From the NCBI RefSeq assembly GCF_963921235.1, contig NC_086097.1, positions 86,552,001-86,616,000 on the forward strand: DNA of 64,000 nt, read 5' to 3'. The stretch comes from Mobula hypostoma. Its lineage: Eukaryota. The position numbers and the translations under genes were made by a program. This document shows, in pieces, positions 52,465-64,000 of this stretch (position 1 is its first letter; the number at the start of each line of letters is the position of its first letter). Under the pieces are notes generated by a model. It saw only the letters and a program-made list of their open reading frames with translations, was not told where the DNA came from and searched no databases.

Positions 52465-53695
52465 AGAGAAAATCTGCAGATGCTGGAAATCCAAGCAGAA
52501 TGCCAGAGGAACTCTACAGGCTAGGAAGCGCCTCTGGAAAAGAGTACAGTTGAAGTTTCAGGCTGAGACCCTTCATCAGGACTGAAATAAAAGATGAGGG
52601 GTCAGGGTAAGAAAGTAGGGGGAGGGAAGGAAGAACCACAAGGTGGTAGGTGGAACCAGGAAGGGAAGGAAGAGTGAAGGAAACAGCTTGAAAGTTGATC
52701 GGCGAAAGAGATACAGGACTGGAGAAAGGGGAATCTGATAGGAGAGGACAGAAGAACCATGGAAGGAAAAAAAGTGGAGGAGGAGCCCCAGAGGTAGGTG
52801 AAGGGCAGGTAAGCCGATAAGGTGAGAGAGGGAAAGGGGAATGGGGAATGGTGAAGGGAGGGGGGGCATTGCCAGAAGTGAAGAAATCTATGTTCATGCC
52901 ATCAGGTTGGAAGCTACTCAGATGGAATATAGGGTGTTGCTTCTCCAACCTGAGTGTGGTCTCAATGCAACAGTGGAGGAGGTCATGGATGGACATGTCG
53001 GAATGGGAATGGGAAATGGAATTAAAATGGATGGGCACTTTTCTGGCAGATGGCATGTAGGTGCTTGGCAAAGTGGTCTCCCAATCTGCGTCGGGTCTCA
53101 CCGATATGCAGGAGGCCACATTGGGAGCACTGGATACAATAGATGACCCCAACAGACTCATAATTGAAGTGTCACCTCACTGGGAAGGACTGTTTTGGCC
53201 CTGAATGGTAGTGAGGGGCGAGGTGTAGCACTTGTTCCACTTGCAAGCATAAGTGCCAGGAGGGAGATCAGTAGGGAGGGACGAATGGACAAGGGAGTCA
53301 TGTAGGGAAGCAGAAAGTGGGAGGAAGGAAAGATATGTGTGGTGGTGGGATCCCACTGGAGATGGCAGAAGTGATGGAGAATTATGTGCTGTATGCAGAG
53401 GCTAGTGGGGTGCTAGGTGAGGACAAGGGAAACTCTATCCTGGTGGGGTGGGATGAGGGCAGACGTGCACAAAATGGAAGATATTAGTTGAGGGCAGCGT
53501 TGATGGTGGAAGAAGGGAAGCCCCTTTCTTTGAAGAAAGAGGACATCTCCTTAGTTCGGGAATGAAAAGCCTCATCCTGAGAGCAGTTGTGGCAGAGACG
53601 GAGGAATTCAGAGAAGGGGATGGCGTTTTTACAAGTAACAGGATGGGAAGAAAATAGCTGATAGTGTACACTCATCAGGGCAGTGATACTTAATT
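52465..53695 (-). mobile_element. Penelope-like 3' fragment inside the Gypsy gag
   Basis: CKNAIPFSEFLRLCHNCSQDEAF, GIY-YIG region and the family 3' repeat. Confidence 0.88.
52547..52584 (-). ncRNA. Minimal type I hammerhead ribozyme (Penelope)
   Basis: Minus strand reads cagtc-CTGATGA-agggtctcagcct-GAAAC-TTC-aactg. Stem I cagt/actg pairs. Confidence 0.65.
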
Positions 53696-55557
53696 CCTCC
53701 TCTTTCTCCTTCCCCTTCCTCAATTAGTCCAGTCAAGAAGGCCCCCAACATAAGGACACCCCTGGCTGCGAAACAGACAATGCCAGGTTTGTGTTTTACT
53801 ACGCTTGCTTTGGTACAAATGCGAGAAAGTGCCAACTGCTTTGCAGCTTTAGCAGTGCCAGTGCATTTGGACATCAGAGGTCTGCAAACACCATGGGTTC
53901 CAGCTGCCAGTGTCATCTACTGTTCATTACAGACATCCTTACAGGGTGACGTTTCCCGTGTGACATCGGTACTCAAGTGAGTGTGCTGCCAGCATCACCC
54001 ATTGATGAAAAGGCAATGAGCGATGAAACCACACAGGAGGCTGCCAACAGCAGCAGGATCCAGGCTTACGGAACACAATGGGTGACGCTCTGCTTCAGTG
54101 GGTGATATTACATATAGGACGTCTTCCTGGCTAAAGAGGCTAGACCTCTGCTCGGTGCATATTTTCTGTATGCCCAAGGACTGTAATAGTGGATCTTAAG
54201 GACTGCCTGCTTGTGTATGTCAAGGACTTTAGGTCGTTACTCTGCGCCCCACAGAAAGTTCCCCGCAACAACTCTGTCAAGCGCATGCATCACCGCATGT
54301 GAGTTTATTCGACTGATGGGCAAATTCTCAGACCTTGCCAAGCCCACATTCTCCACTACAGTCGCAAAACATGGCGTTGAGCACCATATTCCCTCAACTA
54401 GCCCACCGTCCATGCCCATGCTTGTAGACTGGACCCAGAAAAGCTGGCAACTCCGTAGGCTGAGTTTGCCAATGTGGAAATACTTGGAATTGTAGGCCGG
54501 TCAAATAGCCCCTGTGCTTCATTCTCCCAATGGCGTTTGCCACCCATGGGGTGATTACCAACACCTTAACAAGACCACCAGCCCTGATTGTTACCCGGTC
54601 CCACACATTCAAGAATTTTCGGCATGCTTAGCCAGAAAGATTATTTTTTCCAAAGTTGATCTAGTTAGGAGCTACCATCAGGTGCCTGTGGGTTTCGAAG
54701 AACATTCCCAAATTGGCTATGATAACCCCGTTTAGCCTTTTTGAGTTTCTGTTCATGCTATTTGGACTGACAAATGCAGTATAGACTTACCAACAGCTGA
54801 TGGACTCTGTATGAAATGACTTAGATTTTCTTTTTGTTTACCTGGATGACATACTTGTCACCAGTGCTTCCAAACCAGAACATGTATTTCATCTCTGCAC
54901 ACTTTTTGAGTGATCAAGCCAACACAGGTTGATTATTAACCCTGCTAGATGCCAGTTTGTGTTGTCAATCATTGACTTTCTCGGCCATTGCATCTCTGCA
55001 GAAGGTACAAAACTATTCCCATCAAAAGTAGCTACTATTCTGGATTTTACACTCCAAAAAAACTACAGGAGTTTTTAGGTGTAGTAAATTTCTATCACCA
55101 CTTCACTCCACAAGCTGGTGAACTTATGCTCCCCTGAATAGTTCACTTAAAGGCAATACCCCTAATCAAGGGATGACTGGACAGCAAACATGACCAGGGC
55201 ATTGATGATACCAAGCAAGCTCTCTCTAACACGACCCTACAAGGGCACCCCCTCCTCGACAAAGCCATTACTACTGACGCTTCAGACTGCGCTGTGGGTG
55301 AAGTGCACAAACAGTTGGTCTGAGGTGTGTGACAGCCGCTCAACTTTTTCAGCCAACAACTCTGTCCCTCCGAAATGAAGTACTGCATGTTTGATTGTGA
55401 GCTTCTCTATCTGGCTGTCTCCCATTTTTGTTTCCTTCTAGAGGGTCGCCATTTCACAGCATCTGTTGACAACAAGCCTCTCGTGCACACAATAGCCAAA
55501 ATATCAGACCCTTGGTCTGCACAGCAGCAATGCCACTGGCCTATATATCAGAGTTAC

Positions 55558-58432
55558 ATAGAAACATAGAAAACCTACAGCACAATACAGGCCCTTCTGC
55601 CCACAAAGTTGTGCAGAAAATGTCCCTACCTTAGAAATTACTAGACTTACCCATAGCCCTCTATTTTTCTAAGCTCCATGCACCTATCCAAAAGTCTCTT
55701 AAAAGATCTTATCGTATCTGCCTCCACCACCATTGCTGGCAGCCTATTCCATGCACTCACCACTCTGAGTAAAAAAACTTACCCCTGACATCTCCTCTGT
55801 ACCTACTCCCCAGCACCTTAAATCTATGTCCTCTTGTGGCAACCACTTCAGCCCTGGGAATAAGCCTCTGACTATCCACACAATGAATGCCTCTCATCAC
55901 CTTACACACCTCTATCAGGTCACCTCTCATCCTCTGTCGCTCCAAGGAGAAAAGGTCAAGTTCACTCAACCTGTTTTCATAAGGCATACTCCCCAATCCA
56001 GGCAACATCCTTGTAAATCTCCTCTGCACCCTTTCTATGGCTTTCACATCCTTCCTGTAGTGAGGCAACTAGAACTGAGCACAGTACTCCAAGTGGGGTC
56101 TGAACAGGGTCCTATATAGCTGCAACATTACTTCTCGGCTCCTAAATTCAATTCCACGATTAATGAAGGCAAATAAAACCATATGCCTTCTTAACCACAG
56201 AATCAAACTGCACAGCTGCTTTGAGCATCCTATGAAACTCGAACCCCAAGATCCCTCTGATCCTCCACACTGCCAAGAGTCTTACCATTAATACAATATT
56301 CTGCCATCATATTTGACCTATCAAAATGAACCATTTCTCACTTTTCTGGGTTGAACTCCATCTGCCACTTCTAGCCCAGTTTTGCATCCTATCAATGTCC
56401 CGCTGTAACCTCTGACAGCCCTCCACATTATCAACAACACCTCCAACCTTTGTGTCATCAAAAAACTTACTAACCCATCCCTCCACTTCCTCATCCAGGT
56501 CATTTATAAAAATCACGAAGAGTAAGGGTCCCAGAACAGATCTCTAAGGCACACACTGGTCACCAACTTCCATGCAGACTATGACCCGTCTACAACCACT
56601 CTTTGCCTTCTGTGGGCAAGCCAGTTCTAGATCCACAAAGCAATGTCCCCTTGGATCCCATGCCTCCTTACTTTCTCAATAAGCTCTGCATGGGGTACCT
56701 TATCAATTGTCTTGCTGAAATCCATATACACTACATCTACTGCTCTTCCTTCATCAATATGTTTAGTCACATCCTCAAAAAATTCAATCAGGGTCATAAG
56801 GCACGACCTGCCCTTGACAAAGCCATGTTGATGATTCCTAATCATATTATACCTCTCCAAGTGTTCATAAGTCCTGCCTCTCAGGATCTTCTCCATCAAC
56901 TTACCAACCACTGAAGTAAGAATCACTGGTCTATAATTTCCTGGTCTATCTCTACTCCCTTTCTTGAATAAAGGAACAACATCTGCAACCTTCTATTCCT
57001 CCGGAATCTCTCTTGATGATTCAAAGAGGCTCAGGAATCTTCTCCCTCACCTCCCACAATAGCCTGGGGTACCTCTCATCCAGTCCTGGCGACTTATCCA
57101 ACTTGATGCTTTCCAAAAGCTCCAGCACATCCTCTTTAATATCTACATGCTCAAGCTTTTCAGTCTGCTGCAAGTCACCACTACAATCACCAAGATCCTT
57201 TTCCGTTGTGAATACTGAAGTAAAGTATTCATTAAGTATCTCTGCTATTTCCTCCGGTTCCATGCACACTTTCCCACTGTCACACTTGATAGATCCTATT
57301 CCTTCACATCTTATCCTCTTGCTCTTCACATACTTGTAGAATGCCTTGGGGTTTTCCTTAATCCTGCCCGCCAAGGCCTTCTCATTGCCCCTTCTGTCTC
57401 TCCTAATTTTCTTTTTAAGCTCCTTCCTGTTAGCCTTATAATCTTCTACATCTCTAACATTACCTAGCTCTCTGAACCTTTTGTAAGCTTTCCTTTTCTT
57501 CTCAACTAGATTTATTACAGCCTTTGTACACCACGGTTCCTGTACCCTACTATAACCTCCCTGTCTCATTGGAACGTACCTATACAGAACTCCACACAAA
57601 TATCCCCTGAATATTTGCCATATTTCTTCCACACTTTTCCCCAAGAACATCTGTTCCCAATTTAAGCTTCCAATTTCCTGCCTGATAGCCTCATAGCCTC
57701 ATAGTTTCCCTTACTCCAATTAAATGCTTTTCTAACTTGTCCGTTCCTATCTCTCTCCAATGTTATTGTAAGGGAGATAGAATTATGATCACTATCTCCA
57801 AAATTAGATTAGATTAGATTAGATTCAACTTTATTGTCATTGTGCCGAGTACAAATACAAAGCCAATGAAATATAGTTAGCATTTCATTTCAAAATGCTC
57901 TCCCACTGAGAGATTTGACATCTGACCAGGTTCATTTCCCAATACCAAATCAAGTAGTCTCTCCTCTTGTAGGCTTATCTACATATTGAGTCAAGAAACC
58001 TTCCTGAACACACCTAACAAACTCCACCCCATCTAAACTCCTTGTTCGAAGGAGATGCCAATCGATATTTGGGAAATCAAAATCTCCCATCATGACAACT
58101 CTTATTGTTACAGCTTTCCAGGATCTGTTTCCCTATCTGCTCCTCGATATCCCTGTTACTATTGGGCAGCCTATAAAAAACACCCAGTAAAGGACCCCTT
58201 CCTTTTCTTCTCCACACACAGAGACTCCGTAGACAATCCCTCCATGGTGTCCACGTTTTCTGCAGCCTTGACACTATCTCTGATCAACAGTGCCATGCCC
58301 CCACCTCTTTTGCCTCCCTCCCTGTCCTTTCTGAAACATCTAAAACCCGGCACTCGAAGTAACCATTCCTGTCCCTGAGCCATCCAAGTCTCTGTAATGT
58401 CCACCACATCATTGTTCCAAGTACTGATCCAA
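55558..58432 (-). mobile_element. CR1 family B ORF2 inserted between Gypsy RNase H and IN
   Basis: DITETW, GRIKENPKAFYKYVKSKR, QHGFVKGRSC, KFFDDTK. Gypsy reading resumes at TDIQHIKGKNN. Contains a small (TCTAA)n-tailed insert at about 57803-57890. Confidence 0.93.
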
Positions 58433-61400
58433 CTGATATACAGCATATCAAGGGGAAAAATAATGCTGCAGCTGACTGCCTCTTGCGGCCAGACATTGAG
58501 GCTGTACACATATGGGTTGACTATGCTGGCATGGCAACTGACCAGGTTACTGTCCCAGAGGTCCAGGCTTACCGAATGGCCCTGCGGTTGGTTGACATTA
58601 AGTTTGAGGAAGGTGGGGTTTCTCTCCTTTGCGCTGTCTTAACTGATTGCCCTTGCCCCATGGTGTCCACAGACTGGAGATGGACAGTTTTTAATTCCAT
58701 TCACAGCCTCTCACATTGGGGCCGGAAGGCCTCACAGAAACTAGTTTCACTAAAGTTTGTTTGGCATGGCCTCAGAAAGGATGTGCGTAATTGGGCTGCA
58801 GATTGTGTGGAGTGCCAGAGGGCAAAAATTAACCAACAAGTTTAAGTGCTATTGGCACCATTTGAGGTCCCTGAACATATTAATCTGGACCTTATTGATC
58901 CTCTTCCCACCTCCCACAGTTTCATGAACCTTCTTACTATGATGGAACAAACCACCAGGTGGCCAGAGGTCTCTCTAGCATCAATGATGGCCACAGATGA
59001 GGCTCAGGCATTCGTCAGCACCTGAGTCATTCAGTTTGGCACTCCATCTAATATTTCCTCTGACCACAGTCCCCAATTCATTTTAGACCTCTGGGCTGTG
59101 ATGGCCCAGAATCTTGGCATTAGGCTACTTCACACCATGACATATCACCCGCAGTCCAACGGCATATACGAGCAGTTTCACCACTCCTTAAAGACTGCTC
59201 TGAGGGCTTCCCTAACTGATGAGTGTTGGCATGATCATCTCCCGTGACTCCTGCTGGGGCTCAGAACTGCTTCAAAAGTGGACCTGCAGTTGTCCGTGGC
59301 AGAGTTAGTATACGGATAGTGTTATGAGTGCCAGCTGATTTAATTCCTGACGCCACAACCACCAGGTTGGCCTCTCAATGGCTTTCAACCCTTCTCAGCA
59401 AATTCATTTCCTTTTCGTCTATTCCAATGTCCCATCATGGAATACAGCACTCCAGGGTCCTTGTTGACCTACATTCCACCTGGTTTGTTTTCGTCCATCA
59501 TGATGTTCACTAACATCCCCTTAGGCCCCCTTACAATAGCCCATTCCACAACCTGGAATGGGGAGAAAAGACTTTTATCACAGATAAGAGTGATAAACCT
59601 GAACGTATTTCAGTAGATCACCTTAAACCAGCCCACCAAGATTTGGAGTATTCTGCTGCCATACCCCTGGCATCACAACATGACCATGAATGCGCCAACA
59701 AACCTCTGGATAAGCCAGGGCACCTGCTGTTCCTCCACCCATAGAACACTGGACCAAGTCAGGCGTCTTGTCCAAGCTCCAGACAGATTCATTATGCCGG
59801 TTTTAGTGAATTCTGGGGAGGGGGATGCTTGTGTTGGGTAATGTAATTGGGAGAAATGTGCATAATTCAAAACCACCGACCTTGAGTTGGAGTTTCACTT
59901 TAAGAGGCTGGTCTGACATGATTACATTATTACATAAATAGTTTTAACGCATTCTGGTGTGCAGGTTTTGGAGTACAATAAAATGTGTTACAAGTTTCAT
60001 CGAACATAAAATGGTTCACTTTGTTTTATTTGCAAAAACCTACAGTGCCACTAGCCTTCCTGAAGCAATGATGGACTAGAAGGAAGGAAGTGATGACTCT
60101 GTGATGGACTGGTCCATGTTCACCATTCACTGCAGATTCCATCAAATGCCGGGTTTTGAGGGGTGGAGGGTGAGGACCAGGGGAGCTTAGTTCTTGTCCT
60201 CTATAGGAAGGGAGAGTGGGCACACAGAGATGTGGGAAATAGCTCTGTTCATCGTGGTAAAAGATAAATGATGTTTCAAGAAGAAGGAAGACACTAAAGC
60301 ACCTCTTGTGTGGAATGTTTTATCATCGCATGAAAGTGACAGAAATAGAACAGCTGAGAGAATGGAATGGAACCTTTACAGAGGTCAGGTTGGGAAGAAG
60401 TATAGAAATACAACTGTGGGAGTCCATGGGCCTGGATAGATTTTCATGTGGTCATTATAACATTATTTATTAGAGTCATCCTAAACACTGCTATACTGTA
60501 ATTAATCTTCACAAAGTTTTGTTCATCCACTATTCTTACACTGACTGATTTGCATTGGCTCCTGAAGTTCTCCATCACTGAATTGCCCATTAGTACTCGC
60601 CATTTGGACTTTCATTTGCAGCGGAAGTCTATTGTAACGCCAAAATAAATCCCAAGTGCCAAAATTTCTAGATGGATTGAAAATGCATTAGGAAATTAGA
60701 TAGGACGAAACAAAAACATATCTCTGCAAATGTCGATCTGGATAATCATGAGATTTGACCTCCAAGTACTATTAAATTTCATGGCCTCTCAGAGATTAGG
60801 TTTCCAGAATTATTGCCTATGTAATAATGGCTGAAAATACTAATTGTTACATTGAAACCAACGACTGAAAGAAATCAGCGGGTAAGGCAGCACCTGTAGA
60901 GGGAAATGGACAGACACCGTTTCTGACCTGCTGAGTTCCTCCACCAATTTGTCCTTGACTCAAGATTCTAGCACCTGCAGTTCCTGTGTCTCCAGTTGTT
61001 GTTTCAATGTTTCCACTCATTTTCGGATTGTGTCATGGGCTCAACAATATGAATGTAAAATTTAAGTACCAGTCTGGGAGCAGCTCTTTGATATAATACA
61101 TTTGGTTAGAGTTTAATGGTTTTCATGTGTATACAGCTACATTTTGCAATGGACTTAGTTTGATATTAAGAATTCACTAAACACACATATTTTACAGTTG
61201 CCAAGAGCCAAGTTAGCTGACAATGACAAGCTACTGACAAATGCATTTTAATAGGATCATCATGAATTGTATTAAAATACAAGATGGCTGATTAGTTATC
61301 TGCACCTTGGAGCTGTGTGGATTTGATACTGGATGACTACATCAATGGTAATTTTAGCTCCAAATTTCCATTGGCTGTCATCTTGAAGTTAGTTAGAATA

Positions 61401-61594
61401 CTATTTTTCTCTTTTCATTACTTAGCTTAATCAATATAGTATTGATGAGATGTAGTTCTGATATACATGCCTTTGGTTTTCTAGGATTTATGTGCATGAC
61501 TGTTGAACAGAATTTAAAAATGGAGGGAAGCTGCTTTTCTACAGAAAGAGAATTTGATAGAATGCTTATTCTGTTATATTTTTTCCTTGATATA

Positions 61595-63074
61595 CACTCA
61601 GTGGTCACTTTATTCAGTACACCTGTTAATATCTAAACTGACAATCATGTGGCAGCAACTCAGCGCATAATAACATGCAGACATGGTCAAGGGGCTCTGT
61701 TGTAATTCAGAGCGAACATCAAAGTGAGGAAGAAATGTGATCCAAGTGACTTCGACTGTTGGTGCCAGATGGGGTGGTTTGAGTATCTCAGAAACTGCTG
61801 ACCTTCTGGGACGTTCATGCACAAGTCTCTAGAATTTACAAAAAATGCTTCTGCCCCTCTGACCCTCAATACAGGAGCCCCTCAGGGCCCCTTCTTTACT
61901 CTCTGTACACCATGACTGTGTCACTACCCGCAGCTCCATTCTGCTAATTAAATTTGCTGATGATACTACATTGATTGACCTTATCTCAAATAATAATGAA
62001 GCAGCCCACAGAGAAGAAGTCATCACCCTGACACAATGGTGTCAAGAAAACAGCCTCTCCCTCAATGTCACAAAAACAAAGGAGCTGGTTGGGGACTGCA
62101 GGAGGAATGGAGACAAGCTAACCCCTTATTGACATCAATGGATCTGGGGTAGAGAGGGCGAACAGTTTTAAGTTCCTTGGTATACACATCACCAAGGATC
62201 TCACATGGTCTGTACATACTGGCTGTGTGGTGAAAAAAGCACAACAGCACCTCTTTCACCTGAGATGGTTGAAAAAGTTTGGCATGAGTCACCAAATCCT
62301 AAGGACCTTCTACAGCGGCACAATTGAGAGCATTTTGACTGGCTGCATCACTGCCTGCTATGGGAACTGTACTTCCCTCAATCACAGGACTCTGCAGAGA
62401 GTGGTGCGGACAGCCCAGCGCCTCTGTAGATGTGAACTTCCCACAGTTCAGGACATTTGCAGAGCCAGGTGCATAAAAAGGGCCTGAAGGATCATTGGGG
62501 ACTGAAGTCACCTCAACCATAAACTGTTCTAGCTGCTACCATCCGGGAAACAGTACCGCAGCATTAAAGCTAGGACCAACAGGCTCCGAGGACAGCTTCT
62601 TCCACCAGACCATCAGACCGATTAATTCATCTTGATACAATTGTATTTCTATGCTATCTGTCCTATTGTACATACTATTCATTACAAATTACTATAAATT
62701 GTACATTGCACATTCAGATGGAGACGTAACATGAAGATCTTTACTCATGTGTGTGAAGGATGTAAGGAATAAAGTCAATTCAACTCAGTTCAATTCAGAG
62801 TGGTGCTAAAAACAGTGAGCGGCAGTTCTGTGGGTCAAAACACCATGTTAATGAAAGAGGTCAAAGGAAATGGCCAGACTGTTTCAAACTGACAGGAAGG
62901 GGACAGTAACTCAAATAATCACGCATCACAACAGCGAAATGCAGAAGAGCATCTCTGCACAAAATACCAAACCTTGAGGTGGATGGGCTACAGCAATAGA
63001 AGACCAGGAACATACAGTTAGTTGCCACTTTATTAGGTACAGGAGGAGGTACCTAATAAAGTGACCAGTGAATG
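61595..63074. mobile_element. Non-autonomous Tc1/mariner element interrupted by Rex1
   Basis: TA-flanked TIRs CACTCAGTGGTCACTTTATTCAGTAC / GTACCTAATAAAGTGACCAGTGAATG, with an internal TIR-like repeat near 63015-63040. Confidence 0.8.
61846..62796 (+). mobile_element. Rex1/Babar LINE RT 3' fragment
   Basis: TGAPQG..SLYTHD..KFADDTT, KKAQQHLFHLRWLKKF, and a (TTCAA)n-like tail. Confidence 0.88.
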
Positions 63075-64000
63075 TACATTTCCAGTCATATCTGTCTCAA
63101 AATGTGCCTTGAAGTGCCGATAAACTTTTTTTCTTGCAATCAATTATCACAGTTTAGAAGGAAGTTTTATGTTTGGGTTTATGTTCACCCCTAATAAATG
63201 ATCAAAGTACATGCTGCAAAGATTGGCCACAGATTCTCTTAAGTAGGAAAGTGGGTGAGCTAAATCAAGTAACATTGTAATGATATCAAGTTCAGTTACT
63301 GTATGTAGGAGCACAAGGAAAATTAACAAGTATTTTGGAAATAAGGATTAAATTGGTATGCAGTGCTTCAGCAGTTTAGATTACATTTCTTGTTTGCAAT
63401 ATATAGATGACACTATTAATAAACATGTTAGAACAGACTGATGGTGTTGCCTCTTAACAAATAGCAAATTCACACTTCAGTAAAGCTCTGGATCTACAGT
63501 GTGCAGGCTAAATTACAAAAAATTTGATTTCACTTGAGATCTTATGCGAGTTTCACCTACAGCCCAATAGGGAATCTTCCATATACTGAGCTTTCATTAG
63601 AAGTTTGGGGTTTATAATCACCACAAGGGCTACAATTTCAATCTCAAAGTTGAGAGGGCATTATATTTACAGAAGATGGAAATTATATAGATCAGAATAT
63701 CCAGGAGTCTATGGAGATGCAGAAGCTAAATCTTGGCTTTTCAAAAATAATGTGAAATGTGTGACGGTGATTTGGCTGTCTGGTTTACATTTCACTCTGA
63801 CTGTAGTTGAAATGGAAATGAGCAGATACAAAATAAACTGCCACTTTGTATTCAACAGCTTTATATTATCACACAATATGTACCCGATATTTTAAGGAAT
63901 ACAAGTTAGAAGCAGATATGTATTTGGCAGATAAATTGACTGAAGCTGCAATTTTTCCAAAATTGGGGCATACCAGAAGGACATCTATGATTTTCCTTGC

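Larger units (their letters stand above)
51767..60044 (+). mobile_element. Ty3/Gypsy LTR retrotransposon, full-length but degraded, with nested Penelope and CR1
   Basis: LTRs at 51767-51980 and 59832-60044 (TG..CA), PBS-like TAGGTGACC, PPT GGGGAGGGGG. Gag KLPEFW..WFVQAEAQF, RT YPVPHIQ..FSKVDLVRSYHQ..VYLDD, RNase H TDAS, IN HSLSHWG..CVECQ. Confidence 0.93.

Overview
Vertebrate genomic DNA, most likely a cartilaginous fish (ray/shark-type CR1, Penelope, Rex1 and V-SINE repertoire). The only host gene is the 5' part of MAP3K9 (MLK1) on the minus strand: exon 1 at 47354-47635 and exon 2 at 35152-35704. Intron 2 runs off the left end of the window. Most of the rest is nested retroelements (CR1, Penelope-like elements with hammerhead ribozymes, Rex1/Babar, RTE, two Gypsy LTR elements) and small DNA transposons. 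The outstanding object is a heavily degraded foamy-virus-like (Spumaretrovirinae-like) provirus at about 7199-15379, antisense in MAP3K9 intron 2 and largely missed by the ORF track. It has two long, strongly diverged LTRs, a Gag remnant with a CCHC-like knuckle, and a full PR-RT-RNaseH-IN pol with foamy-type motifs. Integrase is followed directly by the PPT and 3' LTR, so there is no env, and U3 may hold a Cys-rich ORF. All alignments were done by eye against remembered reference sequences; repeat boundaries are approximate unless TSDs or TIRs are quoted.
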